Shown here one piece after another: positions 12,345-24,650 of a DNA stretch of 64,000 bases (position 1 is the first letter of the stretch; the number at the start of each line of letters is the position of its first letter). Position numbers and translations under genes: made by a program. The notes under the pieces were generated by a model. That model was not told the DNA's origin, ran no database searches, and saw only the letters and a list, made by a program, of their open reading frames with translations. Location: NCBI GenBank assembly GCA_951406725.2, contig OX597826.1, positions 53,754,001 through 53,818,000 of the forward strand, read 5' to 3'. Origin of the DNA: Octopus vulgaris (Eukaryota).

Positions 12345-12680
12345 GTCACACAGTTCCAGCCACACAGTTCCAGGTTCAGTCCCATTGCATGGCACCTTGG
12401 GCTGACCAAAGCCATATGAGTGAATCTAATAGCTGGACACTGAAAGAATTCCATCATATGTGTATGTGTGTGTGTCTGCGTCCCCTCCTCACTGTTTGAC
12501 AATCAGTGTTGATGTGTTTATGTCCCTGAACCTTAGTGGTTCAGCAAAAGAGACTAATACAATAATACCACGTTTAAAAAAATATAGGTACTGGGTCAAT
12601 TGGTTTGACTAAAATTCTCCAAGGTGGTGCCCCAGCTAGGCCACACTCTAATGATTGAAACAAGCAAAAAAAAAAAAGAT
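12345..12680 (+). mobile_element. SINE family B, degenerate
   Basis: GGTTCAGTCCCATTGCATGGCACCTTGGG...ATGATTGAAACAAG. Confidence 0.7.
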
Positions 12681-13009
12681 AAAAGATAGTAGAAAAAAAT
12701 ATTCTTAGATGCAAGAGTGTGTATGTGCATATATGTGTGTGTGTGTGTGTGTACATGTGCATATGTAGTGTGTGCATGTGTGAGTGTGTGTGTGTGTATG
12801 TGCTCGTGTGTTTGACAATGGACTTACCCACTGCCATAAGATCAAAAAGACATAGGAGACATGATGTCAGATAATAGCTGTAGAGAGCCGTGAGAGAAAG
12901 AGATATTAAAAAAAAAGTGAATGAAAGAAAAATAGAAAAAAATTAATCACAGAATGGTGAATGGCAATAAAGAGTGAGTGTGATAGCGCAGAACAAATAA
13001 AGCCCAAAA

Positions 13010-13198
13010 TTTTTGGGGAGAGGTGGGGCAGTCAGTTAGATCAACTCCAGTACGCAACTGGTACTTAATTTATCAACCCTGAAAAGATGAAAGGCAAAGT
13101 CAACCTCGGCGGAATTTGGATGCAGAACATAGTAACAGGTGAAATACTGCTAAGCATTTTGGGTAGAATGCTAACAATTCTGCTAGCTCACTGCCTTA
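13010..13198 (-). mobile_element. SINE family A
   Basis: GATGAAAGGCAAAGTCAACCTCGGCGGAATTTG motif. Confidence 0.8.
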
Positions 13199-13202
13199 AT
13201 AA

Positions 13203-13650
13203 TCATCATCATCATCATCATCATTTAGCGTCCGTTTTCCATGCTAGCATGGGTTGGACGGTTCAACTGGGGTCTGGGGAGCCCGAAGGCTGCACCAGGC
13301 CAGTCAGATCTGGCAGTGTTTCTACAGCTGGATGCCCTTCCTAACGCCAACCACTCCGAGAGTGTAGTGGGTGATTTTATGTGCCACCGACACAGGTGCC
13401 AGACGAGGCTGGCGAACGGCCACGCTCGGATGGTGTTTTTATGTGCCACCGACACAGGTGCCAGACGAGGCTGGCAGACGGCCACGCTCGGATGGTGTTT
13501 TTATGTGCCACCGACACAGGTGCCAGATTTTGATTTGATTTGATTTGATTTGATTTTCACTTGCCTCAACAGGTCTTTACAAGTGTCACAAGAAGGAAGG
13601 AAGGTATGCACAGGTGGACTGACCAAGTAGGGGCCATGGGTTATGGCCTG
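13203..13650 (-). mobile_element. Family C retroposon with internal 62-bp tandem repeat
   Basis: (CAT)n tail; unit ATGTGCCACCGACACAGGTGCCAGA starts at 13379, 13441 and 13503. Confidence 0.85.
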
Positions 13651-13654
13651 AATA

Positions 13655-13854
13655 ATAATAATCATCTTTTCTACTACAGGCACAAAGACTGAAATTTGGC
13701 GGGAGGGGCTAGTCGATTACACTGAACCCTAGCACTTGACTGGTTATTTATTTCATTGACCCCGAAAGGATGAAAGACAAAGTTGACCTTGGCGGAATTT
13801 GAACTCAGAACGTAATGACAGGCAAAATACTGCTAAGCATTTCATCCAGCATGC

Positions 13855-13855
<1 letters not shown>
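13655..13855 (-). mobile_element. SINE family A variant with (ATT)n tail
   Basis: Central GACCCCGAAAGGATGAAAG motif; tail abuts (AAT)n. Confidence 0.8.
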
Positions 13856-13910
<55 letters not shown>

Positions 13911-13912
<2 letters not shown>

Positions 13913-14003
13913 GCCCTTATCAGACAGGTCTTCATGATAGGTATACTGGGCTTTGTATATTTTACCCCAGTGTCACTTTGATGGCTTGCACTACTATCTC
14001 ACT
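13911..14003 (+). mobile_element. Short retroelement 3' end embedded in (AAT)n
   Basis: Flanked on both sides by (AAT)n. Terminal TTTGATGGCTTGCACTACTATCTCACTC recurs at 29943-29970, also between AAT tracts. Confidence 0.55.
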
Positions 14004-14034
14004 CAATAATAATAATAATAATGATAATAATAAT

Positions 14035-14285
14035 AACAAGCACATTCAGAGAGTGCAAACCTCCACCAAGGCAACACCAATGTCCTCTCAATGATTAGCT
14101 AGAGATGATTTTTAAAATGAGAATATCTAAAATAAACTCGACTGCTCTCACAAACGAGAATACTAAATATGAACCCACTCTCAAAAATTAAGTAAAACAA
14201 ACAGGAAAAATAATTCAGAATCCTTTTCCAGTGCCAGATTGTTCCCAAAGTCTAATCAGTTCATGCCAGTCATAAGGCCAAATGT
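14035..14285 (+). mobile_element. Partial Helentron-associated (HINE-like) element
   Basis: Homologous to the left part of 62503-62868 (GCAAACCTCCACCAAGGCAACACC...). Confidence 0.7.
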
Positions 14286-14683
14286 AATAGCTTTAATAGT
14301 GATGCTTTCTTTATGAACTAGAGTGGTTGATAAAAAGATCAAGTTTGGTACAACATGATTCAGTTTGGAATTAAAAATAGGGAAATGCGTGAGCTATAGT
14401 CAATGTTTTATGATGTCATTGTGCTGTCAATAAATCCAGTAGCTCTGTACTTTCAAACAGGTAAGGGTTAGCAGTCAATGGGGCATCTAGCCATAAAACA
14501 ATGCTTCAACGCTGTGTATTCCTTTCAATCATGCTAGTAACAAAAAAGTGGATGCAATAATGAATGAAACAAAGAAACGAAGAGCTTCACAAAAATTAAT
14601 ATTATGTTTCAGGTAACACATTAGCACTTTTCATTCAAGTGTATTTCTTTTCCATATTCCCTTGGCTTTTCAGTAAAATATAC

Positions 14684-14736
<53 letters not shown>

Positions 14737-15134
14737 AAATACACTCAATACCATACAATTACATTCCATAGGTTGTTATTTTGATGTGAATGAACACATT
14801 TGGTGTAAGAGAGAAACGAAAATGGAGCAGTAGAACAGATATCTATAAAAATAAGAATATGAATTAATGTTTGCTGTTCTCCTTCAATTTTTTCTTTAAG
14901 AATATTATTTTCTAAGAGTACACATGGAATTTTTCTACTTTCATTACAATACTAGTTATCACAAAGCACACGTTTTAAAGAGGTCATTACATTCAAATAT
15001 GCATGCATGCATACATGTGAAAAACCAAAATTTCACACATGTACATATAATCACACATACATACAATCACATGTGTATATATACACATATTTATGTATGT
15101 ATGTATGTGTAAATTTATACATATATATATATAA

Positions 15135-16290
15135 AGTAGGGCATGTGTTAGGGTGGGTGGTGAAGTAAATGAGTGGTTTGATGTGAAGGTGGGGTTAAGA
15201 CAGGGTTATGTGATGTTTCCGTGGCTGTTTAATTTCTATATGGATGGTGTGGTGATTGAGGTAAATGCTAGAACCTTTGGTAGGGGAACCCTGGGAGAAA
15301 AATGGTGAGAAATAGCAGGTAAGTCAGTTGTTGTTTGCTGATAATACAGTACTGGTGGCAGATTCGGAAGAGCAACTGAGGAGACTGGTGGTAGAGTTTG
15401 GAAGAGTGTGTGAGAAGAGGAAACTGGAAGTGAATGTAGTTAAGAGTAAGGTGATGAAATGTTTGAGAGATGGAAGAGCTGGTAGGATGGATGTGAGTAT
15501 CAATGGTAAGATGTTAGAGGAGGTGAGTGTTTTTAAGTATCTGGGATCACGTGATGGCAGATGGGGTGTTGGCTGAGGAAGTGGGATATAAAGTGAAGGA
15601 GTGGAGTTAGATATTTGGAGTTGTGAAAGGAATGCTGAGAGATAAAAGGTTGAGTATGAAAGTGAAAAAGAGGTGTGTATGAGGACATGATTGTGCTGAC
15701 AATGTTACATAGTGCAGAGACATGGAGACTGAGAGAGGCAGAAAGGAAGTGACTAGATGTGTTTAAGATGAGATGTTTGAGGGCTATAGACAGGATGAGG
15801 AATGAGGAGGTGCGAAGGGAAGCAGGAATGAGGGAAAAACTAACAACCAAAATAGATAGATGAATGTTGAGGTGGTTTGGCCACATGGAGAGGATGGATG
15901 AGGAGGTGATGGTAAGGATGGTGATGAAGGCTGAAGTGGCAGGCAGCAGAACCAGAGGCAGACCTCAGTTAGCATGGATGGATTGAGTGAGGAAAGCTTT
16001 GATGGTTAGAGGTGTTGGAATGAGAGAGGTAAGAGAGTTTATAAATGATAGGAAAGCTGAGAGGGTGTTTGTGAACGGATGAGTAAATTGATGTTGCTCA
16101 AAGGGGTACAGACCCAGCATGATCAGTGGGGGTGAACCAGCATATGCTGATATCAGGGGTTGCGTTCTATGCCTTGACCTGAGCATAGAATGGGGCATGC
16201 CTCTTTGAGCTGGAAAATGAATGGAATGCCTGGTGTGTGTCTTGTTGTGGCTACACACTCCTGAAAAAAATGGGGAATAGGCCTGGGTAT
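15135..16290 (+). mobile_element. RTE-clade LINE, 5'-truncated (reverse transcriptase C-terminal half plus 3' UTR), decayed
   Basis: VKVGLRQGYVMFPWLFNFYMDGVV...LLFADNTVLVADSEEQLRRLVVEFGRVCEKRKLEVNVVKSKVM...FKYLGS...LRWFGHMERM...RGRP; stops and frameshifts. Confidence 0.92.
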
Positions 16291-16358
16291 ATATAAAAAA
16301 TATATAGATGTGTGTATCTATTTGTATATATTTATACATGTGTGTGTGGATGTTTATA

Positions 16359-17243
16359 TGTGGTCTGATCAATAAGTATCTGGACTGTTGCCATAGTAAG
16401 GAAGCTAGAGCACGCAGAGTGATGCTGCTTGGCACAGATTAACAATGAAATCTACTGTGCAAGCACACTAAGTTTTAACATTCTAGCTCACTTCTGCTGT
16501 TTACAGCAGTGCTTGGAAGGAAGATGTGTAGCATGTGATCATCGCATTGACCATGACAGGGAAAGTTGAGCAGAGAAGCTGCATCAAATTTTGCAAAAAG
16601 CTTGGTGATACTTCCTCAGAGGTTTACACAAAATTTATAAAAAGTTATCAACACAATCAAGGAGATCTTGTGCAACTGAAACCCGAGTGTCTTTTTGGTC
16701 AGCTGAAAGCAGTTTTGGCACAAACTTGGCAGACACATGTCTCATACCCGAATCTTCAGTGACAATGGACAGAACTGAACCGTAACTAATCTGCACATCC
16801 TCTGATAACTCACGGATGGTGACTCGATGATTTCCCCTCACAGCTGCATGCACATCTGCAATGTTTTTCTCAGTTCTGCTGGTTGTGGATCTCCCAGAAT
16901 GTTCATCAATATTGACATATTTTTGGCCATCTTGGAAATGTCTGAACCACTCGTACACTTGTGTGTGGCTCATACACTCCTCTCCATACACTTTCTTCAA
17001 ATTTGTGTAGGCCTCTGAGCAGGTATCACCAAGACAACTTTCTATGTCATAGTCAGTCCAACGATCACATGCTACACACCTTCCTTCCAAGCACTGCTGT
17101 AAATAGTAGAAGTGAGCTAGGACATTAAAACTTAGTGTGCATGCATAGCAGAGTTCAATGTCAATCTTTGTCAAGTAGCTTCACTCTGTGTGCTTTAGCT
17201 TCGTTACTATGGTAACAGTCCAGATACTTATTGATCAGAACTC

Positions 17244-17244
<1 letters not shown>
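16359..17244. mobile_element. Foldback mariner derivative made of two left ends
   Basis: TA-flanked TIRs (GGTCTGATCAATAAGTATC / GATACTTATTGATCAGAACTCG). 16359-16637 mirrors about 16998-17244. Minus strand encodes a transposase N-terminus (VYEWFRHFQDG...DEHSGRSTTS...VSAKFVPKLL). Confidence 0.88.
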
Positions 17245-17292
<48 letters not shown>

Positions 17293-17297
17293 CACAT

Positions 17298-17336
<39 letters not shown>

Positions 17337-17639
17337 CATACAGAAGCACACAGACTATTTGTTACTGTCAAATAGTTTGAATTATTGTGATAATATTATA
17401 CACCTACATTTCTCCTTTCTTGCCATAACTTTCCCTCTTTTAGCTCTACGCCACAAAGCTTGATTAATAACTAACAAAAATGCAAGGTTACTACAAGGTT
17501 ATGAACATAAATCTAAATAACCAACAAATATATAATTTATTACAATAAATCAGAAAAAAAAAGAACTTAGAAGAAAGTGTTTATTTTATTACTATTTTTT
17601 TTTGTTGTAAATCTGATATACACCTCGAATACATTCTCA

Positions 17640-18078
17640 TTACTTGTTTCAGTCATTTTGACTGTGGCCGTGTTGGAGCACCACCTTTAGTCGAGCAAAT
17701 CGACCTCAGGACTTATTCTTTGTAAGCCTGGTACTTATTCTATCGGTCTCTTTTGCCGAACTGCTAAGTTACAGGGACATAAACACACCAGTATCAGTTG
17801 TCAAGCGATGTTGGGGGGGACAAACACAGACACACAAACATATACACACACACACACGCATATATATATATATATATACACACATACATATATACATACA
17901 TATATATGACGAGCTTCTTTCAGTTTCTGTCTACCAAATCCACCACAAGGCTTTGGTCGCACAGGCTTTTGGTCGCCCGAGGCTATAGTAGAAGACACTT
18001 GCCCAAGATGCCACGCATTGGGACTGAACCTGGAACCATGTGGTTGGTAAGCAAGCTACTTACCACACAGCCACTCCT
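17640..18078 (-). mobile_element. SINE family B
   Basis: Full-length match to other family B copies. Confidence 0.88.
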
Positions 18079-18094
18079 ACAGAGTATATAACTT

Positions 18095-18310
18095 AAGGTG
18101 GCAGGCTGCAGAATTGTTAGCATGTTGGGGAAAATGCTTGGCAGTATTTTGCCTGTCTTCATGTTTTGAGCTCAAATTCCACTGAGGTTGACTTTGCATT
18201 TTATCCTTCCAGGTTTGATAAAATAAGTACCAGATGAGCACTGAGGTTGATGTAATCAAATTACCTCCTCACATGAACTTACTGACCTCATGCCAAAATT
18301 TGAAACTACT
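18095..18310 (+). mobile_element. SINE family A, degenerate
   Basis: AAGGTGGCAGGCTGCAGAATTGTTAGC...TTTTATCCTTCCAGGTTTGATAAAATAAGTACC. Confidence 0.75.
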
Positions 18311-18319
18311 ATAGGGTGT

Positions 18320-19135
18320 ATAAGACATTACAGAGTATAGTGAAAGACCTCTATGAAGAAGTCAATGACGGAAAATGCAAAACCAATATGATGTGAACAA
18401 AATTATCCTTAGAGAGAGAACTAGCTTGAGAGTTTAAAATGCAGATATGAGATGCTTTTGCACCTTTGCCATGGCTTGAAATCAATGAAAGAAATGAAGT
18501 GCATGTCTTTCATACAGAAAAAAGAAAAATAATTGAAATTGATTTGGCTTGAAAACTTGAAAAGAAGTGACAGACTATTCATCAGAATTTGAGGCACTCT
18601 GTGAACAAAGACAAAAAAAGAAATTACGAAGTAAAATGTTGAATAATCTAGATTACAATATCAATATTATGAAAGACAAAAATGATACAAAGAACTGAAC
18701 AAAGTAGTTGAAACAGCAGTAAAAATACAAAAGAACGAGAACGTACAAGACAAAATAGAAATAATATAAACTGACTTCAAGAACAATAATAGCCATAACC
18801 TTTTCAAGTCAGTTCGTGAAACGGAGGGAAAGAGCATGAAAATATAATAGTGCAATAAAAAGACATAGATGAGATATATATCAATGATGGAAAGTTCATT
18901 TTGAACAACAACTTAACACTAAATTTCTACATAACTCAGAAGCAATATTAGAAACGCTGGCGATCTGCCTGATGTAAATACTCAAGCGGAAATAACAAGA
19001 GAAGAAATAGAAAAGGCAATAAAAATATTGAAGAAACAATAAAGTCCTCAGTATAGATGCCATCAATGTTAAAGTACTAAAAGCTAGAAGAGAGCACATT
19101 TAACATGTTACATGTAATATTCATTATAGATAGAA
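18320..19135 (+). mobile_element. Highly decayed LINE ORF2 fragment (RTE-like, region between endonuclease and RT)
   Basis: A-rich strand. Near 18985, AEITREEIEKAIKILK..NKVLSIDAINVKVLKA resembles the EV..AI..LK..KA.G.D.I..E.LK motif. Confidence 0.55.
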
Positions 19136-19727
19136 AACATACACAAGAAATACCTACAAGGCTATGTGATTAAGAAGTTCACTTTGTAACCACATGGTTT
19201 CAGGTTCAGTCCCACATCTTGGCATCTTGGGTAAGCATTTTATACTATAGCCTTGTGAGTGAAGCTTGAAAATGAAACTTGTGTGGAAGCATGTTGTATA
19301 TATATGTATATATATATATATAAAAACACATGTAGACACACAAAAGACACACATGCACATATTTATGATGAAATATAAGAAATAGAGACGAATAAGTAAA
19401 TAAATGAAAAATATATAAAGGGCAAAGGTACAAATAATATAAGCAAACCCATACACAGGCATAACTGTGTGATTAAGAAACTTGCTTTGTGGCTACATGC
19501 CACCTTTGGCAAACGAATTTTACTAAGCCTCAGGCCAACCAATGCTTTGCGAGAGAATTTGGTAGATGGAAACTGTGTGGAAGCCTATTGCATATATATA
19601 GGTGTATGTGTGTGTGTGTGCCTTTATGCATGTTCCCTACCACCACTTGACAATCAGTGTTGGTTTGGTTATGCCCCCATAACTTTAGTGGTTTCACATA
19701 AGAAACCAGTAGAACAATACCAGATTG

Positions 19728-19940
19728 AACTCTTTAGCATTTAGTTGCTTTGTGAAACATACTGCTTATTTATTCAAATTGGTTTGAATTAATCATGCAT
19801 TATCTCCCAGATTCAAGATTTCAGTCATGTGATTGTATATTTTTAGTATGATATGTATGATAGACTGAATCTGGTCAGTTTAAACATAAAACATAAAATA
19901 CGGGGGCCCGATATGGCTGGTTTAAATCATAAAGGGTTAA
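19728..19940. mobile_element. piggyBac-type MITE (same family as 61028, opposite orientation) nested in a SINE B relic (about 19455-20030)
   Basis: Ends TAAAGGG|TTAA; internal GATATGGCTGGTTTAAAT is the reverse complement of the 61028 copy. Confidence 0.7.
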
Positions 19941-21240
19941 AAAAAAAAAACTGGTGGGGGCAATTTGTTTGTCTAAACCCTTCAAAGTAGTGTCTCAGCA
20001 TAACAGAAATCCAACAATTGAAAAAAAGATATAAGATATCCATTTGTAAAAGGTCAGTAATCAAGTGAAATAAAAGAGATTCAGATCAGTTCCAAAGAAC
20101 TGTAATATAACATTCTTTTGACACAACAAGTAATACATCTGGATGTTTAAACTAATTTTATGACATAAAGCATCAACCTGTCCCAGAATCAAAACTTTGA
20201 ACTAAATCAGATAGCAACATTTTGACACCGGAATCCTCTGAAATATGAGACTCTTCTCTTCATTGTTTGAACTGAATTCAATCCACTGGAATTCAAAGTA
20301 TCCAACTTTAACTATTCATCCTTGTCTGTTTTGCAGGTATTTGAAGTTTGCAGCTTCACTGTTTCTATGATATCAATGATTAAGTAGGAAAGTAGGGATC
20401 ATCCTGAATAATTGAATGATTTTTAATTATAAGAAACTGAATATCTGCTGACTAAGAGCTAGTATTATTGCTGATTACACTTCAGGTTTATTAATAACCC
20501 CTTTCATTGCTTTTATGCATTATGGTGTCCCTTTAACATTAAGCAATTTGTCAATGAGCCATATAAATTACGTCTTTTTGGATGAAGAATCATAGAATTA
20601 TGCAAGTTGGATAATGTAGATAGTGAATAGAAAATAGTTTCCAATCATTACATATGATAATTTCAGTGTCAGCTGGTACATTTTTGCATGATAAACAATT
20701 ACTATCATTAATAATTAAATTCTGTGAGGGCTTGGAATCTTAAAATTCCTCATAATGAAGTAATCAACAGTAACAAAAAAAAAAATACAATTAATAAAAT
20801 TAATGCATGCTTATATCATGATGATGGCGGTTAAAATATTATAAAGTTTCCCAAAGTCGATTGTCAATTAGTTTATATTAAAATATTTTTTGAAATCATT
20901 AAAATACCCTTTCCAAATGAGATATTAATTTTCCTTTTCTAACTTTGAAAATAATCCATGTCTGAAATCCTTTTAAAGAGGCAACAAATCAGACCTAATG
21001 AGAGAGAAACTGTATGTGCACATGAACATGAGGGATAATTTTTAGCACAAGCTCTTCTGCTTTCTTTTCTTTTACCTGCTTTACTTAATGGATGGAAACC
21101 ATGCTGAAACACCAGCTTAAGAATTTCTAGGCTGTCATATCAAATCCCAATAATTATTTCAGCCCTGTACTATTTTTATTGATATTTGTATGTTGGACTG
21201 TTAAGCTATGGGAGATTAAAGGAAAACAACACCAAATTTT

Positions 21241-21680
21241 AGGCGGAAAGCTGGCAGAATCGTTAGCACGCCGGGCAAAATGCTTAGCGGTATTTCGTCT
21301 GCTGTTACGTTCTAAGTTCAAATTCCGCCAAGGTTGATTTTGCCTTTCATCCTTTCATCATCATCATTATCCTCATCGTTTAGCATCCGCTTTCCATGCT
21401 AGCATGGGTTGGACTGTTCAACTGGGGTCTGGGAAGCCAGAAGGCTGCACCAGGCCCAGTCTGATCTGGCAATGTTTCTACGGCTGGATGCCCTTCCTAA
21501 CGCCAACCACTCCGTGAGTGGTGTACTGGGTGCTTTTTACGTGCCTCTGGCACACGAGGTCGATAAATTAAGTACCAGTTATGCACTGGGATCGATGTAA
21601 TCAACTTAATCCCTTTGTCTGTCCTTGTTTGTCCCCTCAATGTTTAGGCTCTTGTGGGCAATAAAGAAATAAGAAATAAG
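21241..21680 (+). mobile_element. SINE family A interrupted by a minus-strand family C element (about 21356-21555)
   Basis: Family A sequence stops at CATCCTTTC and resumes at GAGGTCGATAAATTAAGTACC. Confidence 0.85.
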
Positions 21681-21914
21681 AAACACCAACTTTTAGACTG
21701 GTGTGAACATGAATATAGATATGAACACAAATATAGCTAGACTGACAGATGTACACACACATTTCAAGCTTCTATAAAGTTTCCATCAACTAATTTTCCT
21801 CAAAAGATATTGGTCAACCAAGAAGCTTGTCTAAGATGTTGCATAGTGAGATCAAACCCAGAACCTTGAGAAGAAAATTTCTTAACCACAGAGCCGGACA
21901 TTCTTTTTTCCATT

Positions 21915-22548
21915 TTTTATCTTTTGCTTGTTTCAGCCATTAGACTGTAGCCATACTGGAGCACAACCTTGAGGAATTTTAGTCAAGTGAATTGACCCCC
22001 AATACTTTATTTATTTATTTATTTGTAAAGCCTGATACTTATTCTATCAGCTGATTGTGTTGAACTGCTAAGTTAGGGGGATGTAAATACACCAACACCA
22101 GTTGTGAAGTAGTGGCAGTGAAGGGGGGGGGGGGGGCAAACACAGACATGAAGACACATACACATAGATATATGTATAGATACGATGAGCTTGATTTAGA
22201 TGACCCCCTCCACTGCGGCCACGCTCTCAGGTTGCACTGGTGGGGAAGCTCTACTCCTTGACGGATGGCACCATCCACCTTAATACACCGGCACCCCGAG
22301 ATCCCCTTCGTCTGAAAATTTGTCGGCTGGGCATTGGGATTAGGTTCTGGAGAGGTGGCTGCGGTCACCGAAAATTGGTCCTGATGCGCGGCCAATTTGC
22401 TCTTTCAGTTTCTGTCTACCAAATTCACTCACAAGACTTTGTTCGGTCAGTGGCTTTAGTAGAAGAAATTTGCCTAAGGCACAACGCAGTGGGACTGAAC
22501 CTAGAACCATGTGGTTGAGAAGCAAACCTCTTACCACACAACCTTGCT
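21915..22548 (-). mobile_element. SINE family B carrying an approximately 205-bp GC-rich insertion (22193-22398)
   Basis: The consensus ACGATGGGCTT-CTTTCAG is split by foreign sequence. Confidence 0.8.
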
Positions 22549-24040
22549 TGTACATGATTACTTTTTATTGCAAGTGCTTTCGAAATAACATCTACAAATT
22601 TGTGCTGTTTGTAAAAGATCTGGTTGGCATGGTAATGAAGGGAGTGAGATGATAATAAAATGTTAAAAGGATGATTGTGCACCCCTCAGGATTTCAATGA
22701 TAACTCCACCCCACATAAGGTGGTGGTGATGGCTATTGGACATTAGGGAGGGCACCAACTGATATTAACTTGACAAGTCAAATATATAAGGACAGCTAAA
22801 AGAAAAAAAAGGGGGTATAACATGGAAGGTAATCTAGCATTACAGCAGACTGTGAAGTACTTCTGTGCAAACATTGTAAAGATTATTAGTGTTGTTGTTG
22901 TTATGGTTATAGGGTAATTTTAGTCAAAGCTGTTTGACTAGATGTATGGCATGAAGCTAGCTATGCAAATGCTTTTTAGAACATTCAGTCAGCTTTCTAA
23001 CAGTGTTCCTTATGTCTTGTGTGTGTGTGTGTGCGTGTGTGTATGTGTGTGTTTATGCATGTGTGTGTTTATGCATGTGTGTGTGTGTGCATGTGTGCAC
23101 AGATGTATGTGAGCTTTGCTCATTACTGCAGCTGATATGACGTTTGTGCATTCCTTGTCGATAATGTGATAGGCTGCGTTGCATTTTCAACAACCTGTGG
23201 AATAGAAAAATTGAACAATCCTTGTTCTACATGTTCTGCATTATTCTACATGTTCCTCCTGTAGTGTCTAATAAATTCCTCTGTCCAAACAAAACCCTGT
23301 CAGGGAAAAAAAACAGGCATTAAACGAACAGATGAATGATTGCAGGTTTAACAGTGCAAATACTTTTCCCCACTTTTTTTAAATGACTGTTGACTTAACT
23401 GTGGCCTTGTCAGATGGCAGTTGATTTTAATGAAATCTTCCGCCACTCTGTCTCTGTGTGTGTATGTCTTTCTGTCTGTCTGTCTGTCTCTCTGTGCATG
23501 TGTGTGTGTGAGTGCGCGCGTGCGTGTGGTTTTTGACATGTTCGTCCTTTTTTTAGAAAAGGTAAACATATTTCCAGTAGATGTTGGCTACTATACTAAG
23601 CAAGTTGCACAATATTCTGTGTAGATCCCTCTCTACACTGTTTTTTTAATGGTCCTTCATCAGTGACACTTCTCCTAGTGTCAATAATATAAAGTACCAA
23701 TCAAGTTCTGGTGTTAGTGTATTCAGTTAATTCTTGCCCATAAATTTGTGGCATTGTGCTGGTATCAAAAACAGACAACATCATTGTGATTATCATCATT
23801 GTCATCATCATCATCATCATCATCATCATCTACATTATTATTCTATCCTGTTGATTTTCATGATTTCATATAATGGAATTTTTGAAATCCTCCCTCATTA
23901 TTTTCCATAATATTCCCTTCATCCTTTCATGTACAACAATAGAACAGCCTATCAAACACTGAATCAATATAACCAAAAAGTTACCTAAAATGTGAGATCT
24001 TGCACCTAAGTTATTAATCTTTATCCAAGATACTGTAAAC

Positions 24041-24297
24041 CAGTGGTTCCCAAAGATTTACAGGTTGCCACCCAGACAACATTTCTAGCACCCCACCCCC
24101 ACTTACCACCTCAAACATAGGCCATTTCTTCTGCATCAAAGTCAAAGCAACTAAATTTCAGAAATAAAACTTCACCTCATTAATCTGTTATTTTGTTGCT
24201 TTTACATCCATTGCTCCTTTTTGTCACCCCATTATCAACCCCACTTTTCTTCATCCCCTGCCCCCGATCTTTCCACCACCCACGTTGGGAACCACTA
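24041..24297. mobile_element. hAT (Charlie-like) MITE, degenerate
   Basis: TIR CAGTGGTTCCCAA / TTGGGAACCACTA; 8-bp TSD CTGTAAAC versus CTCTAAAT (6/8 match). Confidence 0.7.
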
Positions 24298-24449
24298 CTC
24301 TAAATGATAGTCTTAGAGGAATAGCTAATCATTCACTCACAGAACAGATTTCTTTTTTGTATTTTTATTCATATTTTTATGGCTTAGTTAGTACCCATGA
24401 CCATTTTTGCAGGATCTTGAAGACTGGTAGTAGAAAGAATGGAAGTTTC

Positions 24450-24650
24450 TTCAAACCAGAGACTTGGCCACAATACTTGCAGGTAAGACCTAGCAACTGG
24501 AGCACTCTTATGTATTTCAGTTATATCTCTGCTGGGATTCCACAAAATTTCAAACCAGAGACTTGGCCACAATACTTGCAGGTAAGACCTAGCAACAGGA
24601 GCACTCTTATGTAATTCAGTTATATCTCTGCTGGGATTCCACAAAATTTC
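24450..24650. repeat. Recent 99-bp tandem duplication
   Basis: CAAACCAGAGACTTGG starts at 24452 and 24551; about two mismatches between copies. Confidence 0.95.

Noticed and set aside
13379-13525. Regularly spaced repeats suggesting CRISPR
   Set aside because: The whole unit repeats with no unique spacers, no cas genes are present, and the context is a eukaryotic retroposon.
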